This document shows positions 1 to 8,291 of a stretch of 64,000 bases of DNA, piece after piece. A program made the position numbers and the translations under genes. The DNA is from a virus. Taxonomy: Duplodnaviria > Caudoviricetes. Each line of letters begins with the position of its first letter. Position 1 is the first letter of the stretch. Where the stretch lies: the IMG/VR virus record IMGVR_UViG_3300029286_000011; one strand, given 5' to 3'. Under the pieces are notes generated by a model, which saw nothing but the letters and a program-made list of their open reading frames with translations, was not told the DNA's origin and made no database searches.

Positions 1-1235
1 GCTTTGACTTTATGTTCTTCATCGCCAATGCCAGAGAAAGAATAGCCACCGGTATCTGTGTATCTATCTCCTTGCGGATCTTCAGGTAGCCTGAGTTGCT
101 TAGCTATGGGTATCAGCGCACGCTTTGTAATCGAGATACTGTGCGCGCTGGTAAGCGAATACGACCCATCAAGGCCCACGCTCTCTCGAAATAGACCTAT
201 AGGCGTGCTTTCCGTGTCGGAAAACGTCCACGGACCCTTGGCATTAGCCGGCGGGGCCATCAATTCACGCAAATAGCCCTGCCCTAGGTAGCCACGCCAC
301 TCACGCCAGCGGAAGAATGGGCTCTGATCGTCCTCTTTTGGCTCGTACGCAGCCCATATAGCCTGCTTATGTACGTCATCAGCAGACTTTTCGTCGATAG
401 ACCGTTCGTCTTGTTCGAAATACCCTGCGGCTTCCCACGGATACACCGCCGAAGCATAGCAGTTGTAGGCTTCACCACTGTCGTTTCGTACCTGCCACTG
501 ACTGTTTGCAGTGTTCCAGTCCAGGTTGTAGGTCGACAGGCGGGCAAAACGGTCTGCGTAGAACAAAAACAGGCCACAGATCTCGTCGATGCTTAGCTGG
601 ATGTGTGCATCGTCAATGAAAACGCTGCCACCAAGGTCACTAATGCGTCCCCACTCGCCAGCAACAGTGGCATCTAGCGGTCGTGAGTCAGAATAGTCAC
701 GCACACCACAGTTTTTGGACAGCATCGAGAACAGCTGCTTGTACAAGCCACCCTCAGCCACGAGGCATGATCCACCACCCTGGACAATCCAGTCAGGTTG
801 AGACAGATCGCCACACTGCACAAGCCCAGGCACAGCACAAAGTATGATGCCAGTGGTGGACTCAGCGGGTCGATGGACAAGTACGAACTGCCCAGGCCCT
901 AGTGGAGATGTTTCGCGTACTGAGAACGGGTAGAGACCCGTTTCAGAGCCCTTGCTACAGCCTATATCGCCTCCACCGTCAGATAACTGCACTTTGTACC
1001 AGTTGCAGTACGGTATGGCTATGACGATACGGCCCAGACACAGTAAGCCTTGCTTGCCCAGGCTCATCTGGTGCAAGCCAGCAGACTCACGTGTGTTACT
1101 GGCCAAAGTAGCCTGCGAAGCCATCTCAGGGGCCGTAGACGAGTCTATTCGAAGCTCGTTGGCTCTGAGTCTGGCTTGCAGGTTTTGAATTTGGTCAGTT
1201 GTAAGGGCACGCTCAGAAAAAGGAGGCTCGGGCAT
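1..1235 (-). CDS. Long ORF truncated by the window edge (>411 aa); probable baseplate hub/spike-region protein
   Basis: Hand translation from ATG at 1235 (MPEPPFSERALTTDQIQ...) is open to base 1. Absent from the ORF track because it has no stop. Lies directly after the tail tube gene; function is inferred from position. Confidence 0.7.
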   Translation of the reverse strand, partial: MPEPPFSERALTTDQIQNLQARLRANELRIDSSTAPEMASQATLASNTRESAGLHQMSLGKQGLLCLGRIVIAIPYCNWYKVQLSDGGGDIGCSKGSETGLYPFSVRETSPLGPGQFVLVHRPAESTTGIILCAVPGLVQCGDLSQPDWIVQGGGSCLVAEGGLYKQLFSMLSKNCGVRDYSDSRPLDATVAGEWGRISDLGGSVFIDDAHIQLSIDEICGLFLFYADRFARLSTYNLDWNTANSQWQVRNDSGEAYNCYASAVYPWEAAGYFEQDERSIDEKSADDVHKQAIWAAYEPKEDDQSPFFRWREWRGYLGQGYLRELMAPPANAKGPWTFSDTESTPIGLFRESVGLDGSYSLTSAHSISITKRALIPIAKQLRLPEDPQGDRYTDTGGYSFSGIGDEEHKVK

Positions 1236-1335
1236 TAGTAATGGCCTATTGGTATGGGCTCTAGGTCCCTCGGGTGGCAGTCCGCTGTCACCCAAGCCTT
1301 AACCGCGCTGTGGGCCAGTCAGCGCGGCAATGTCA

Positions 1336-1827
1336 TCAGGTGCTGTAAATCAGCGAACTGAACATGAGTCGCAACGACTCATTGATCAACATGTCCGCTG
1401 AAGTAACACCGACGCCGACAGTCGTAATGACGCAGAAGTAGCATTCATACGACACCGTGGACATCGACGTGGTATCACAGCCGCTGGTAAGTTCCATGTG
1501 CACAGTGTTTCCATCCGCAGCGCAGATGTCGCCGTACGTCTGGTAGAAGGCTGCCGTGATGGTCTTCGGGCCGATAACGCGCTCGATAGACACCTCGCCA
1601 GCCGTTCGGCCGCCCACGTAGTATATGCGCGGCTGTCCGACCTCGTAAAGCCTGGTGATCTGCTGTTGATAGCTCAGCTGCAGGCGCTGAACAAGCAGTC
1701 CAACATCGGCACCAAGCTGAATGTCGGCAGACCCGTCGGTAATACGAGGAAACGTCAGTGTGGCCTGCTCTGCAGAGAAAGCACCACCGAACGTATCAGA
1801 GTTGCGATTGAAGACGTCTCTACTCAT
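1336..1827 (-). CDS. Tail tube protein
   Basis: 163 aa, immediately after the sheath, GGAGG SD, beta-rich tube-like pattern (QRLQLSYQQQITRLYEVG...GEVSIERVIG). Confidence 0.75.
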   Translation of the reverse strand: MSRDVFNRNSDTFGGAFSAEQATLTFPRITDGSADIQLGADVGLLVQRLQLSYQQQITRLYEVGQPRIYYVGGRTAGEVSIERVIGPKTITAAFYQTYGDICAADGNTVHMELTSGCDTTSMSTVSYECYFCVITTVGVGVTSADMLINESLRLMFSSLIYST

Positions 1828-1848
1828 TTTTTGCCTCCGTGCTGGGTT

Positions 1849-1876
1849 GAGATGTAATTAGCGCTAATTACATCTC
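1849..1876. repeat. Perfect 28-bp palindrome GAGATGTAATTAGCGCTAATTACATCTC (copy 1 of 5)
   Basis: Read directly; lies between the sheath stop and the tube SD. Confidence 0.95.
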
Positions 1877-1883
1877 GTCCCGG

Positions 1884-4685
1884 TTAGCCGACAACCAAGT
1901 GCGATTCGATATTGTTCAAGGCATGCGGCAGTGACAGCGTAGTGTCGATCACGATACGGTTGGCCAGCGTGCTGTGCCGACGGATATCGTCAATCGTGCC
2001 TTCGATAAGCTGCGCACCAAGATGTCGGACGTAATTACGTCCAGTCAACACCTTGAACGCGGCCTTGAGCTCGCTGCGTATCTTGGTGATCAGCGAGTCG
2101 GAAACATTCGAGATACCGACGTACGGATTGTACACTTCGTCCAAGAAGTACGAGATGGAGTCCAAGTTACGGGTGATGGACTCTTCTCGCTCGTTGTCGT
2201 CGTCCGTACTGCCGGTAGTGACAGCATGTCGCGTGTAGACCGCGCCACTACGCGGATTGGCAGTCACAAGCCACACACCGTTTCCAGCCATCGAGTTCAA
2301 CTGCGTGTAACTGAACGCAGTCGTACGCGACATGTCGTCGAATCCAGCCAACGAGACACGCGTCATCGGTTGGTGCGGCAAGATACCGCCGGACTGTGCG
2401 GACAAGGCCGCGCACAAATGGTATCCGGCAAACGTGTAACCGCTGCCACCAACAGAATCAGGCCACACAGCGCGGACACGGCGAGTGCTGAATCCGTGCT
2501 GCAGAGGAATCTCGATAGCCCGCTGCGTGTTGTTAAGTGAGCGCCAAATCTCAATCTTCTGCGGCGTGTTCACTGCAACGGTATTGCCGGAATACAGACG
2601 AATGGTGTCCTCGTTGATGACGGCATCAACAATGAACTCCGTGTAGCTGACGTTGTCCCAGCCGTCCGTCGTATACAGGTAACGGACCACATCGCCGGCA
2701 GTGACGTTATTGGCAACAAAGTTACCGTTGCCCGCAGGCACTTCCAGCCACGTGTATTGCGTGCTGGTTGTGTACGGGTCATCACTGAGCTTGGCCAAGA
2801 CCTCTTCGCCATCCTCAGAGGTGGCAGTGCTGACCACAGCCTTCTCAGCCACATCGTCCAGATTGATCCACAACACGCGCCAGCGGGCGTATTCAGGAGT
2901 GGACATTGTGGCCACGTGAGCGGCAAACAAGCCCCACACGGTGGCGTTACGGGTCAGAGGGACGAGGCCATACAGCCTGTCTTCTCCACCGATCACGTCC
3001 AGCGCCTGAGCCCAGCTGTCGACATCGGACGGGTCACTGACAGCCGTGAAATAGACCGGCACGCCGTTGTTGTTCTGCAGGCCCATGTACAAGGCCCACT
3101 TCAACTCGTTGTCAGGGTGAGTAGCGCCGGAAACAGCGGTGTCCAGATCTTCAGGATCTGCCACGTTGTACACAGCGTCCACCAGATCGGCCAGCCATGC
3201 ACGATACTCCACAAACAGCTGACCGTAGCCCTTGCTGGACTCAGAGATGACGTCCAAGGCCATAGCCGTTCCGCCATCCGTCCAGGTCTCGTCGTAAGCC
3301 ACGAGAGAGTCGTTGACGGTAAGCTGCGTCGCAGACTGCTCCCAATTGACCAGAGGGGCAAATCCAGTTCGTTGTTCACCGATCTGGATGTCCTTCATGA
3401 TGTACAACGACAGATCAAGTTCGACTGCCGTGCCAGAGCTGGCAATTGCGCTGGGCAGGTTATGCCCGAGCACCAGGGTCCTGTAGGCCCCATTGCTTTC
3501 AGCTGTGGCTTCGATGGAATAGCGGTCACCCTTGCGCAGACCAGCTTGGCTGAACGCAACGGTGATGCCCTTCGTTCCAACAACAACAGCAGAACCAGCC
3601 GCCGTGACATTGGTCGGACCACTGATATCAACACCACGGTCGGTGGTGACAGTAATCTGCGGAACATCGACCCACAGGCCACCCTTCGTGACTTCGATGA
3701 TGTAAGTCACGTCTTGCGTACCTGTGTAGTTTCCACCCGACGTAGCCACAGGTGCCGTCCAGGCTTGTCCAACGACAACTTCCCACTCCTGGCCGACAAC
3801 AAAGTCTGAAGGCGACACGCCATCGACGTCAGCCGACAACGAGCACTCTTCACTGCCGGTGTTGTCCCAGGTGACGGTGACACCACGGTCACCAATCGTT
3901 GTCGGAACACCAAAGGCCGACGGAGTAACGTCGGAGTCATTGTCACGGCCAGACAGCGAGGTCACGCGAAGCTTGGCAGTCGTGGCGTCACCATCAATCG
4001 AGCCTTCAATGACACGAATCGTGTAAGTCTCGTTGATGTCGCCATCGGCAAGACCATCGTAAGCTGCCGAAGACGTAGCCGTAACGGTGACACAGTTCTC
4101 TGCGCCATCTTCCTGGGTGGTAGCGGCAACAGGGGCAGACTGCGTGCTAACATTACTGGCGTCTGCAACTGCAGAGCCGATAACATCGGCAACAGTCTCG
4201 GCCACAAAGTCCTTGACGTACGTCCACAGCTCGTAATCGACATCGGCAACCACGGCACGAACCTTGACGATATCGCCAGGCGTGACATCGCGGTCGTAGA
4301 AGTCGGCAGAACGAGGATAGGACACGCCATTCGACTTGAAGCTCAGCGTCGGGCTGGTGATACGGCTGGCTCGCGACGGCACGGATTCAATGGTATCGCC
4401 GCCACCGATGGTGTCGGTGAAGTAGCGCAGCAAGGCATTGTCCATGTACAGCTTGGTATAGGCCGCATCAATCACACCGCCGGCAGGGCGGTTAGGCCAA
4501 GCGTAATCCGTATCGGTCAACGGATCGTAGTAGCCAAGATAACCCTCTTGCTTCTCATCACTCTCAGCATAGCGAACGAGCTTGGCATGCCCGCCCGTGT
4601 AGTGTGCGGGTAGTTCCGGCGTGGTCGCCGAGACAGACTTGTTGAAGTCCTGGTAAATCAGATTGCCGGGGACGATGTACGCCAT
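1884..4685 (-). CDS. Contractile tail sheath protein (933 aa)
   Basis: Size, position before the tube gene, and a sheath-type C-terminal domain (NGVWLV...VYTRHAVTT...REESITRNLDSISY...IDDIRRHSTLANRIVID). Confidence 0.9.
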   Translation of the reverse strand: MAYIVPGNLIYQDFNKSVSATTPELPAHYTGGHAKLVRYAESDEKQEGYLGYYDPLTDTDYAWPNRPAGGVIDAAYTKLYMDNALLRYFTDTIGGGDTIESVPSRASRITSPTLSFKSNGVSYPRSADFYDRDVTPGDIVKVRAVVADVDYELWTYVKDFVAETVADVIGSAVADASNVSTQSAPVAATTQEDGAENCVTVTATSSAAYDGLADGDINETYTIRVIEGSIDGDATTAKLRVTSLSGRDNDSDVTPSAFGVPTTIGDRGVTVTWDNTGSEECSLSADVDGVSPSDFVVGQEWEVVVGQAWTAPVATSGGNYTGTQDVTYIIEVTKGGLWVDVPQITVTTDRGVDISGPTNVTAAGSAVVVGTKGITVAFSQAGLRKGDRYSIEATAESNGAYRTLVLGHNLPSAIASSGTAVELDLSLYIMKDIQIGEQRTGFAPLVNWEQSATQLTVNDSLVAYDETWTDGGTAMALDVISESSKGYGQLFVEYRAWLADLVDAVYNVADPEDLDTAVSGATHPDNELKWALYMGLQNNNGVPVYFTAVSDPSDVDSWAQALDVIGGEDRLYGLVPLTRNATVWGLFAAHVATMSTPEYARWRVLWINLDDVAEKAVVSTATSEDGEEVLAKLSDDPYTTSTQYTWLEVPAGNGNFVANNVTAGDVVRYLYTTDGWDNVSYTEFIVDAVINEDTIRLYSGNTVAVNTPQKIEIWRSLNNTQRAIEIPLQHGFSTRRVRAVWPDSVGGSGYTFAGYHLCAALSAQSGGILPHQPMTRVSLAGFDDMSRTTAFSYTQLNSMAGNGVWLVTANPRSGAVYTRHAVTTGSTDDDNEREESITRNLDSISYFLDEVYNPYVGISNVSDSLITKIRSELKAAFKVLTGRNYVRHLGAQLIEGTIDDIRRHSTLANRIVIDTTLSLPHALNNIESHLVVG

Positions 4686-4718
4686 GGATTGTGCCTCCGT
4701 GCGACAGGCAGAAAGGTT

Positions 4719-5345
4719 TTAAGGATTCAGCAGTACGTTGAGCGAGACGCGCTTCAGGCGAGGTGCCTGCTGTCTAAGTGACCAGCGCTCTGAGAACGCA
4801 TAGCCTACATTGACAGGAACAACAAAGTTTTCAGTAGACTCCTCGAGTTTAGCTACGGCTCCAACCTCAAGTACTGCGAACCGGTATAGACCAAGTTCTT
4901 TGCTGATCTGCTGGCCAAATTCGTGAATTTGTCGACTGACTTCCGTTGCCAGTAGGTCAGCCTGCGATCCTGTGCCGCCTATGCAAAACAACGAATGGCT
5001 ACCAATCCAAAACGTCTCGAAATGGGTGAAGCCAAACTTGTCCGAGGCAGGTCCTTGGCGCTTATCCCCAATACCAACACGGTGATTGGTGTAAGCGTTA
5101 CGTTTGATTAAAACCGCTGGACGCTTGCCAGTCGTGGCAGGATTCCAGCGCCAAACACTCTCTATCAGTATATTTGTTCGCTCACCGTCACGCCATACAA
5201 GGTGACGTAGGTCTGGGTTCTCTATAAGGTCTTCGGCGGCAAAATGCCTGGTAAGTTCGTCTCTGAAGCAGCCAGTTAGCGTCTGTGCCGCTGAGTACAG
5301 CGAACAGATGGAACTAAGGGTAATTGGATCAAAGTCAGTGCTCAT
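4719..5345 (-). CDS. Putative tail completion/terminator protein
   Basis: 208 aa between neck genes and sheath; positional inference. Confidence 0.55.
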   Translation of the reverse strand: MSTDFDPITLSSICSLYSAAQTLTGCFRDELTRHFAAEDLIENPDLRHLVWRDGERTNILIESVWRWNPATTGKRPAVLIKRNAYTNHRVGIGDKRQGPASDKFGFTHFETFWIGSHSLFCIGGTGSQADLLATEVSRQIHEFGQQISKELGLYRFAVLEVGAVAKLEESTENFVVPVNVGYAFSERWSLRQQAPRLKRVSLNVLLNP

Positions 5346-5353
5346 GGCTAATC

Positions 5354-5506
5354 CTACAGGCCCAGTAGACGCCGGATACGCTTATGATTTGGCTCATAGT
5401 CCGTGACACTAAGCGTTCGGATCATCTGCCGTTCCTTCGGCTTATCTTTACGCTCAGGCTTTTGCACAGGGGCGCCTGAACCCTTTTTGGGTGGAATATA
5501 GGGCAT
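5354..5506 (-). CDS. Small basic hypothetical protein (50 aa, MPYIPPKKG...RIRRLLGL)
   Basis: Hand translated; fills the gap between adjacent genes; below the ORF-track cutoff. Confidence 0.5.
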   Translation of the reverse strand: MPYIPPKKGSGAPVQKPERKDKPKERQMIRTLSVTDYEPNHKRIRRLLGL

Positions 5507-5507
5507 A

Positions 5508-6347
5508 CTAGGTCCTATCTATTGCCAGACCGTAGATGGTGTGACTGAACGGGGCGTGTCGAAGCTCAGCCTCAACAATAACCGGTACACCGCGATACTC
5601 GGCAACATGCTTGATGCTCTGTATGAACCAGCGCATGTCCGATTCGTCCTGCACCCACACGTCCTCTGTATCTAATTGCGGTACGGACAGAAACTTACCG
5701 GAGATGACGATGTTGTTTGTTGTAGCTGTGGGCTCCTGCACCTGCTCTCTACGCACTTTCTGGGACAGCTCGGCCCATATGCAAGGTGTGGCTGCAAAGT
5801 AGCCGCCCTCGAAGCCTGTTCCAAAACACAGCGGACAGTCTGGGTTAAGGTTCTCGCCAGTTTGGTAGTCTATATGGCCGGCAGAACATGCAGCACCGTA
5901 TAGCTTACGTTTGAGCAGATAGCCACGACAACCGGCATGAGTAGCCTGATAGCGAACACGCCACTGGCGCTGAATCTCACGCACTAGCCTGTTGTCACGA
6001 ACATCTAGACCACCGTAGCAAGAGGCAGGCTGTGAGTAGTACGTGCCAAGGCTGGTTACAAGCTTAACACGATAGTGTGTCCACTGTGTTTGGCCAAAAA
6101 CTCGTTGCGTGTCATCGACAAGATAGAAAGTGTCTTGGGCCGTTGCGCCCACATTTGTCCAATCATCGGCAGTAGACGTGCCTGTACGGCCAATCTGTAA
6201 TTGGAACGTATGAGGGGCCGGGTCATGAAACGTAGGGACCAATGCCCATTCAACGACAGTGCCGCCCTGTATGACCACAGATACGCGTACATACTGGAAC
6301 ACTGCCTCGCAGACATTTCCGCAAGACGCTGTGCAGGATTCAGGCAT
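5508..6347 (-). CDS. Head-closure/neck protein with Zn-binding motif (start revised from 6413 to 6347)
   Basis: CPLCFGTGFEGGYF motif; position; the 6413 extension runs through a terminator. Confidence 0.6.
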   Translation of the reverse strand: MPESCTASCGNVCEAVFQYVRVSVVIQGGTVVEWALVPTFHDPAPHTFQLQIGRTGTSTADDWTNVGATAQDTFYLVDDTQRVFGQTQWTHYRVKLVTSLGTYYSQPASCYGGLDVRDNRLVREIQRQWRVRYQATHAGCRGYLLKRKLYGAACSAGHIDYQTGENLNPDCPLCFGTGFEGGYFAATPCIWAELSQKVRREQVQEPTATTNNIVISGKFLSVPQLDTEDVWVQDESDMRWFIQSIKHVAEYRGVPVIVEAELRHAPFSHTIYGLAIDRT

Positions 6348-6366
6348 ATTGCGACCTGTGATAGCT

Positions 6367-6403
6367 AAAAGAAACGACAGGGGCCGAAGGCACCCCTGTC
6401 GTT
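6367..6403 (-). terminator. Intrinsic terminator
   Basis: Stem AACGACAGGGG/CCCCTGTCGTT followed on the minus strand by TCTTTT then AGCTATCA. Confidence 0.8.
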
Positions 6404-6426
6404 CATTGTACATCTACCTACGGCCC

Positions 6427-6711
6427 TCAGCGAGGGCTAGCGACGCCAACGAGCGTCCGCGTTGCATAACTGGGCTCCGCCGGGAGCCTGTCAACTTTCG
6501 GCAACACACGTGGCAACACACGAAACCTGCACCTGTCTTGGGCGATCACCCTACAGACAGCCAGGCTGTTCATGTGTCGACACCGTTCACAAAAGTTCAG
6601 TCGCCCGACGCGACTGCGCAAGATCCGGATCGGTTCCCCACAAACACCACATGTGTCTGCGAAGAACTGAGAGTCATGACCAACCCTACGCGGAACTTGA
6701 CTGACGATCAT
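6427..6711 (-). CDS. Small Zn-finger protein (CGVC...CERC); start revised to 6711
   Basis: AAAGGA SD before GTG-ATG; two CxxC pairs. Confidence 0.55.
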   Translation of the reverse strand: MIVSQVPRRVGHDSQFFADTCGVCGEPIRILRSRVGRLNFCERCRHMNSLAVCRVIAQDRCRFRVLPRVLPKVDRLPAEPSYATRTLVGVASPR

Positions 6712-6792
6712 CACGGTTTCCTTTACATCCCTGAGAAACAAAAAACGCCAAGACAAACAGCTTGGCGTATCCTACCGACGCTAATCACGCAA

Positions 6793-7281
6793 CTATCTAC
6801 CGTTTGGGGTTGTGGAGTACCTCAGTCCACCTCCATTTCCAAAGACATTGGTGCTTCCAAACGGATTTGGCACTGTATAAGTGCCGCCGCTGGTCGTCTG
6901 ACCGCCAAACGAATTTGGCGTTGTCCGGCCTTGGTACATACCGGAGCTACTATGGAAATTCTGACCCCCAGAGAAGTTGGGAGTGCTGCTGCCCTGGTAC
7001 ATTCCAGAGCTGCCATAGAAGTTTTGCCCGCCGGAGGAGTTGGGCGTGCTGCGACCTTGGTACATTCCTGAACTTCCGTAGAAGTTCTGGCCCCCGGCCG
7101 AGTTGGTTGTTGTCTGGCCCTGGTACATCCCAGAACTTCCGTAGAAGTTCTGCCCGAAGGACCCACTGTTTCCGAACGCGCTTTGCTGCCCGTTCGCCGT
7201 CGGCAGCAGGACCGTGACCGCAGCCACAACTAATGCAAAGATCGCCAACACACACACCATTCTCAAAACAGAGCCAACCAT
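6793..7281 (-). CDS. Secreted/membrane-anchored protein with 21-aa G/S/N/Y repeats; start revised to 7281
   Basis: GGAGG SD; hydrophobic signal-like N-terminus (VLAIFALVVAAVTVLL); repeats GGQNFYGSSGMYQGxxTxNxx. Confidence 0.75.
   Translation of the reverse strand: MVGSVLRMVCVLAIFALVVAAVTVLLPTANGQQSAFGNSGSFGQNFYGSSGMYQGQTTTNSAGGQNFYGSSGMYQGRSTPNSSGGQNFYGSSGMYQGSSTPNFSGGQNFHSSSGMYQGRTTPNSFGGQTTSGGTYTVPNPFGSTNVFGNGGGLRYSTTPNGR
6899..7157 (-). repeat. About 4 coding tandem repeats of 63 bp
   Basis: Four near-identical GQNF(Y/H)(G/S)SSGMYQG units 21 aa apart. Confidence 0.85.
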
Positions 7282-7340
7282 GACAAACCCTCCTGAGTTA
7301 AAGAAATAGTGGCCCACCAAAACTAAGCACTACCTATAGG

Positions 7341-7362
7341 ATTATGCCACGGTAAGCCACAA
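7341..7362 (-). promoter_or_regulatory. Putative promoter TTGTGGCT-N6-GGCATAAT
   Basis: Extended -10-like TGGCATAAT; same 22-nt layout recurs at 57985-58006. Confidence 0.5.
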
Positions 7363-7370
7363 TCTTTTAC

Positions 7371-8282
7371 TCAGGCATAGCCAGATCCAAGAGATCCTCG
7401 GAATAGCTTGGCATTAAGCTCGACCTTTTTGTAGCGAACAAAGTCGTGCCATTCTGACTTGAGGGCAGAGGCCAGCTGAATATACTCTCCGTTCTTGTCC
7501 TTGTCATTGATGACAACACCGGAGGCACTGGCACCAAGCTTATTGCGCATATAGTGGTGTACGGCAATCATCAGAAGCTCAGCAACAATGGCCTTAAGCC
7601 AATGTTCTCTGAACGGAAAGTTCTTGCAGTTGTAACGGGCAATCGGCGGGGGCTCTTCATTCCAATATCGAATAGGTCCTAGAATAGCCGACACGATCTC
7701 GTTGTCATCGAACTCAACGTCTTGCAGAAGATCGTTCTCAACACCTGTGTCCCGCATCCGTATACGAATCTCTGACAATGACGGCGGTCCTACTCGTTGT
7801 TGAATATCACCGAAGAGTGACTCTTCAATCGACAGCAAACCACTGTTCAAGACAACAATATCACCGGCAGCATTCTTGACGGCCACATTGACCCTATAAA
7901 TACCAGCGATGTCGTAGATGGCCCTAGGTATGGCAAAACTGATCTGTCCGGAAGAAGCAGCTGAGAACTCACCAGTTGCAGCGATTATGCGACCACCTGC
8001 GCAATCGGCAATTCGCACATCAACACTTGCCGTATCGGCATCTTCCGATTCGCTAATAGAATCGGACACTGTAATCAAGCTAGACAGATCGACAGGTGCA
8101 CCGCTCTTGTCACGTACTAGCCAGGTAACAGTGCTAGCTACGCCTTTATCACCAAGGACAACGGGCCGTTTTGTGTTGATAGGGCAGCCTTCGTGCGTTG
8201 GCACATTAGGCTGTATCGTAGACGACAGCGGAAGACCTGCATCATCAGACGGCTGCGTTACCTGTGTACCTGTGACGGGCAT
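7371..8282 (-). CDS. Head-tail adaptor/neck protein
   Basis: C-terminal half (FDDNEIVSAILGPIRYWNEEPPPIARY...FPFREHWL) resembles myovirus neck proteins; position. Confidence 0.55.
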   Translation of the reverse strand: MPVTGTQVTQPSDDAGLPLSSTIQPNVPTHEGCPINTKRPVVLGDKGVASTVTWLVRDKSGAPVDLSSLITVSDSISESEDADTASVDVRIADCAGGRIIAATGEFSAASSGQISFAIPRAIYDIAGIYRVNVAVKNAAGDIVVLNSGLLSIEESLFGDIQQRVGPPSLSEIRIRMRDTGVENDLLQDVEFDDNEIVSAILGPIRYWNEEPPPIARYNCKNFPFREHWLKAIVAELLMIAVHHYMRNKLGASASGVVINDKDKNGEYIQLASALKSEWHDFVRYKKVELNAKLFRGSLGSGYA

Positions 8283-8291
8283 GCTGTGTTC

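Noticed and set aside
1260-1335. Two hairpins after the tail tube gene as an ncRNA
   Set aside because: Short and without a T-tail; more likely mRNA stability or processing stems, and the evidence is insufficient.
2757-3809. 350-aa plus-strand ORF, and similar ones at 19744-20634, 17683-18651 and 6259-7071
   Set aside because: Antisense shadows of strongly codon-biased minus-strand genes; no SD or recognisable motifs.
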